Made by a program: the position numbers and the translations under genes
Shown: positions 60,237-64,000 of the stretch, in pieces
Numbering within the stretch: position 1 is the first letter of the stretch
Layout of the letters: each line of letters opens with the position of its first letter
Notes under the pieces: generated by a model
The model's database searches: none
Told to the model about the DNA's origin: nothing
The model's input: only the letters and a program-made list of their open reading frames with translations
Assembly (NCBI RefSeq): GCF_001194135.2
Contig: NC_068983.1
Coordinates: 161,357,803 to 161,421,802 of the forward strand
Direction: 5' to 3'
DNA length: 64,000 nucleotides
From: Octopus bimaculoides
Taxonomy: Eukaryota

Positions 60237-60554
60237 CACGTTGGCAGTTCGCCTCACCGAGGTATCAGGTGATGCCCGTGAGGGCGCTTGGCTTTCCCAA
60301 CACCTTAGCCTCGCCATCGCCCGCGGTAAGGATCTTGTTGGTGCCCCCGTTTTGAACAAGATCCCGCCGGTAATGTTGCGAGTGTGCTGGTTTGCTTCAG
60401 TAGGTATCGTTAAACCTTGAGGTATGCGACCAGTTGCTGTGAAAAAAAAAATCCCCACAAATGGTTTCAATACAGTTTTAACAGAAAGATTTGCAAGAAT
60501 TAGGAGAAAGTTCTCCTGTAATTTTCTTTCATGTAAATAAATGTTTATATTAAT
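60237..60554 (+). mobile_element. Third CRE-like copy (3' end only)
   Basis: TLAVRLTEVSGDAREGAWLSQHLSLAIARG, plus the same 3'UTR ending GTTTATATTAAT as the other two copies. Confidence 0.75.
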
Positions 60555-60951
60555 GAAGGGGGGGGAAATCACACTTTCCATCCCTTCGAGAAAGTGGATC
60601 CAATGAAAAGCGCCTCAACATGGTCACTCGATCTGTTAGAAGTAGCAACGAAATATCTTCCCAAATCTCACACTTTAATTTATTTCATATAACAATTTGA
60701 GAGTAATGGCCTCGTTGCTTCCATGTTTCCAACAGACAAATTACTGGCGGTTAGTGTGAAGAGAGTGTTTAATTGGATACCAAACAAATATTTCAAAGGG
60801 GTTTTGTAAAGTGCCAGTTTTTTTGCGGATGCTTATATTCTTCACCAATATTTCTTCAGCCAAATCCATCCCTAACCTATCCATCCATCCGTTCGTCCAC
60901 CCATCCACCCATCCATTCATCTATCCCACCCTTCCACTCACCTCACATACA

Positions 60952-60979
<28 letters not shown>

Positions 60980-60982
<3 letters not shown>

Positions 60983-61145
60983 GGTGGGTGCTATTTTATT
61001 CAACATACTCCCCGCTCAGATTCATTCACTTATTGTAGCGCCCCTTCAGTTTTTTTAAGCCCGGTAAATGAACTCAGAAGCTTGGACCTCCAGCCTGACC
61101 TTTCACGGCATCCTTAAAGCTAGGAACTTTTCAGCACCTCCAAGT
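60980..61145. mobile_element. Mariner-derived MITE remnant
   Basis: Ends ...AAAGCTAGGAACTTTTCAGCACCTCC, resembling a mariner TIR. Confidence 0.45.
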
Positions 61146-62274
61146 ATATGCATTCCGAAAATTCTCCATCTGAGATTTTTATGTGAATAGACGCACACTT
61201 GGGTATAAGCTTCGACAATCCAACAAAAACACCACCAACTCAACCGCATATTTACAAACACCGGGAACTCTCTGAACACAAAAACTCTTGTAGCTTTGCT
61301 AACGACCGGCTTGAACTCTCCCAAGAAGANNNNNNNNNNAGCTTTGCTAACGACCGGCTTGAACTCTCCCAAGAAGAACTAAAAAAAAAAAAACTCAGAA
61401 AGAAATCATACTAAGTAAACTCCTCAAGAAATAACTCATTTCCCAATGACCTCCTGTATGACCCCAAAATTATTGGATTGGGATGCCTCAACAAAAACCT
61501 GGAAGGGAAAAATCTCTATGAAGATGAAAATTTACAAAAGCAAATTTTACGTTAAATTATTGAGTGAGACTTTAATATGAATACATACAACACAATCGGA
61601 GCAAAATTTGTAGCTGTAAAGGGATAATGATCTCTACGTATAAAAGAATATTAAGATCACCAGGAAAAGAGAGAAGAAAATAGAAAACACGGGACGAATA
61701 AAGCCTTCGTTATTCATGTTGATACTCTTCAAATACAATTTCCTTCTCGACGATTTCTATATGATTTTTTAGACTAACACCGAAGTCCTTTTTATTTTGC
61801 TTGTAGTTAGCCTTTGAAATATACTTCGGCTTTTTGTCTCATTTATTTACATAAAAAATTATTTTCGATAGTTTCTTTTGTTATCTTGTGATTATTTCTT
61901 GAAAAAAAAAATACAACGAAGTATTAAAGATATAATAAATGTCTGCTGAACTCAAATAGTTACTTTTATCCCTTTAAAATGTTAATAAATAGTCAAGGTA
62001 TTTAGATATTCTGCCCACCATATATTTTTAAATAATTAATATCACTCTGCGCGTGTTGAGTTAAATTTAGTTGAAAGATTTTAAAGTCATAATATTCTTC
62101 TTTCAAAGTTTTTAAAAAGTATTAAAGGCAAAAACAGAGCTAGTTGATTCAACTAAAATTCAATAAATATATGAACAAAAGAAAAAAAACTTTCAAATAA
62201 CACGAAAGCATACAAGATATAATAGCAATGATTCATATAGTTAAAATAAGGCCGTTGACGTTATCTGCGCTATA

Positions 62275-62346
62275 GCCGTGATCGTCTAGTGGTTAGGACC
62301 CCACGTTGTGGCCGTGGTAACCCAGGTTCGAATCCTGGTCACGGCA
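62275..62346 (+). tRNA. tRNA-His(GTG): tRNA-His (anticodon GTG), 72 nt
   Basis: Acceptor stem GCCGTGA/TCACGGC, anticodon stem CCACG/CGTGG with loop TTGTGGC, T-loop TTCGAAT, oligo-T terminator about 14 nt downstream. Confidence 0.97.
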
Positions 62347-63289
62347 GCGCAGTATAAATTTTTGTTTTTATATTCTGTACGATATTTTATGTGTATATGT
62401 ATTATTCCCATTTTATTCGAGAATTCTTTCACTGCTTTGTAGAGTGAAATGCTGGAAGCGGTGAGTCGTTTAGGCGTCATTGGCGGTGTCCAGTTGCATG
62501 CCTCGAAAGCATTAAAAAGCAAACACGATAGTGCAACATATCTATGACTTATTTTATAATAATAGTAAAAGAAAACATTGAAGTGATTGCAATTGTAAAT
62601 ATCTGTACAAGATATTTTATCACTTAATATATATATTAAATATAACTATGAAATAATATGCCTACAAAGCTCTACTTGTTACTATGTATTCTTTCTAAAT
62701 ATTTTCTTTTCCTCTTTCTTCTCTTTTCGCTTCTTCCCATCCATATATTTCCTTATTCCTTCCTTTCTTTTCTGTAGTGTGTCCTTATCTTCCTTTCTCT
62801 CTCTCTCTCTCTCTCTCCCCCCTCTTCCTGTCTCTCTTTCTTCATTTATGCCTCGTTCTCACACCGCTTTCATACTCTGTCACTTTTATTGCCGAATTGT
62901 TAAACATTTTTAATGTTAAATTTTGAGTTGTAAGCTTTTAAATTTTATAATCTCGGTATTTACGAGCTTCTTTTTGACTAAATGTACAACTCCTATACAT
63001 TAAAATCTTTTATCGCTCTGAAAAACGATACACGGACGCCACTATAAAATCTCCGTGGCTAGCTAACAATTGTTAGCGCGTCGGACAAAATGCTTAGCGG
63101 CCTTTGTTCTGAAGTTCCGAGCTCAAATCCTGCCGAGACCAACTTTGGCCTTTCATTTTTTTCGGAGCTGATAAAATAAATTATCAGTCAAGTACCAAGG
63201 CCAAAGCAATCGACTTGCCCGCTCCCGCAGTAATGCTGGTTTGGAGCCAAATTGGAAAGAATTATAGTTATTGGGTAAGGAAGCTAACA

Positions 63290-63720
63290 TAGCTGGCTCC
63301 CTGATCAATATAGATTAGTCAAAATTTTCGATAGAGTCGACCACCACCACCACTTGGCAGTTGTTCTCACGGCGGCTGGTTTCGATCTCGTCTTCTGCTG
63401 TTGGATTGCTACAGTGTATAGCGACATCTGTTAGGTGTTGAGCGTGAATGGCCATCTGTCAGAGCCATTCAAGTATTATACGCTTGGTCCATCAAGGATG
63501 TCTCTTCTCATCTCTTCCGTATGTACTGGTTTTTAGACACTATTGCTGAAACTAGAGACATTGAGAAACGTCACGCACAAACTAGAACTGTATCGGCATA
63601 CTCGGACGATGTTAACGACATAGTTTTGGAAACTTAGCACATCGAGGTGATCGACACTGTTCTAAGGAATAACGAAGGAGTGAATGGAGAAAAATCAAGT
63701 AAGAAAAGTCGAAGGTATCT
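63290..63720 (+). mobile_element. Decayed Tx1/L1-like reverse transcriptase fragment
   Basis: Degenerate LINID*SK.FDRVDH...NGHLSEPF...VSAYSDDV motifs. Confidence 0.65.
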
Positions 63721-64000
63721 AAAGAGGTAGTGTTATATGGACTGTTAGATATGTAATTCGTCTGACGTTCCGTGTGTCATGTGGTTCGTCTGAGTTCATT
63801 GTTTCATTGTTGTTGTCTTGTGGGACTGTCGTAGTAAAATGTCATTGATATATATATGGGGGACATGACTTTTGTTTATTCATAACGAACATTGGGTGAG
63901 TGCGTTCTTTGTATGTAATTGAACAATAAATGTAATAATTAAATTGTATAACTCGTTATGTTATCTCTGCGAGTCAGTCCGAGGGAAACATAACAGGTAG

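Noticed and set aside
62440-62520. ATGCTGGAAGCG|GTGAGT, a possible first coding exon in a CpG-richer patch next to tRNA-His
   Set aside because: Only four codons and a donor consensus; no downstream exon is identifiable in the window.

Overview
AT-rich, intron-rich animal genomic DNA with N gaps, microsatellites and dense SINE/LINE/MITE debris. The repeat families look like those of an octopus (cephalopod) genome; this is an inference, not proven. No prokaryotic features or CRISPR arrays are present. The left 38.7 kb holds COG3 (conserved oligomeric Golgi complex subunit 3) on the minus strand. I traced 17 coding exons by hand from the ATG at 38668 to 6854, all with GT-AG boundaries and consistent phases (1939 nt, 646 codons). 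The C-terminal exons were not found and lie in a gap or beyond the left edge. The right 25 kb contains tRNA-Gly(GCC), tRNA-His(GTG), three decayed CRE-like RLE retrotransposon copies, and other LINE/SINE/MITE remnants. It also has one uninterrupted 294-codon ORF (51452-52336) that I do not recognise. It encodes a predicted secreted, very basic, Cys-free protein with an (L-K-M-K-P-A)-type repeat, and is followed about 220 bp downstream by five perfect p53-family half-sites. This orphan locus is the best candidate for something undescribed. Secondary items are several strong intronic fold-back structures in COG3 and unusual retrotransposon architectures. Repeat coordinates are approximate; exon and tRNA coordinates were counted to the base.
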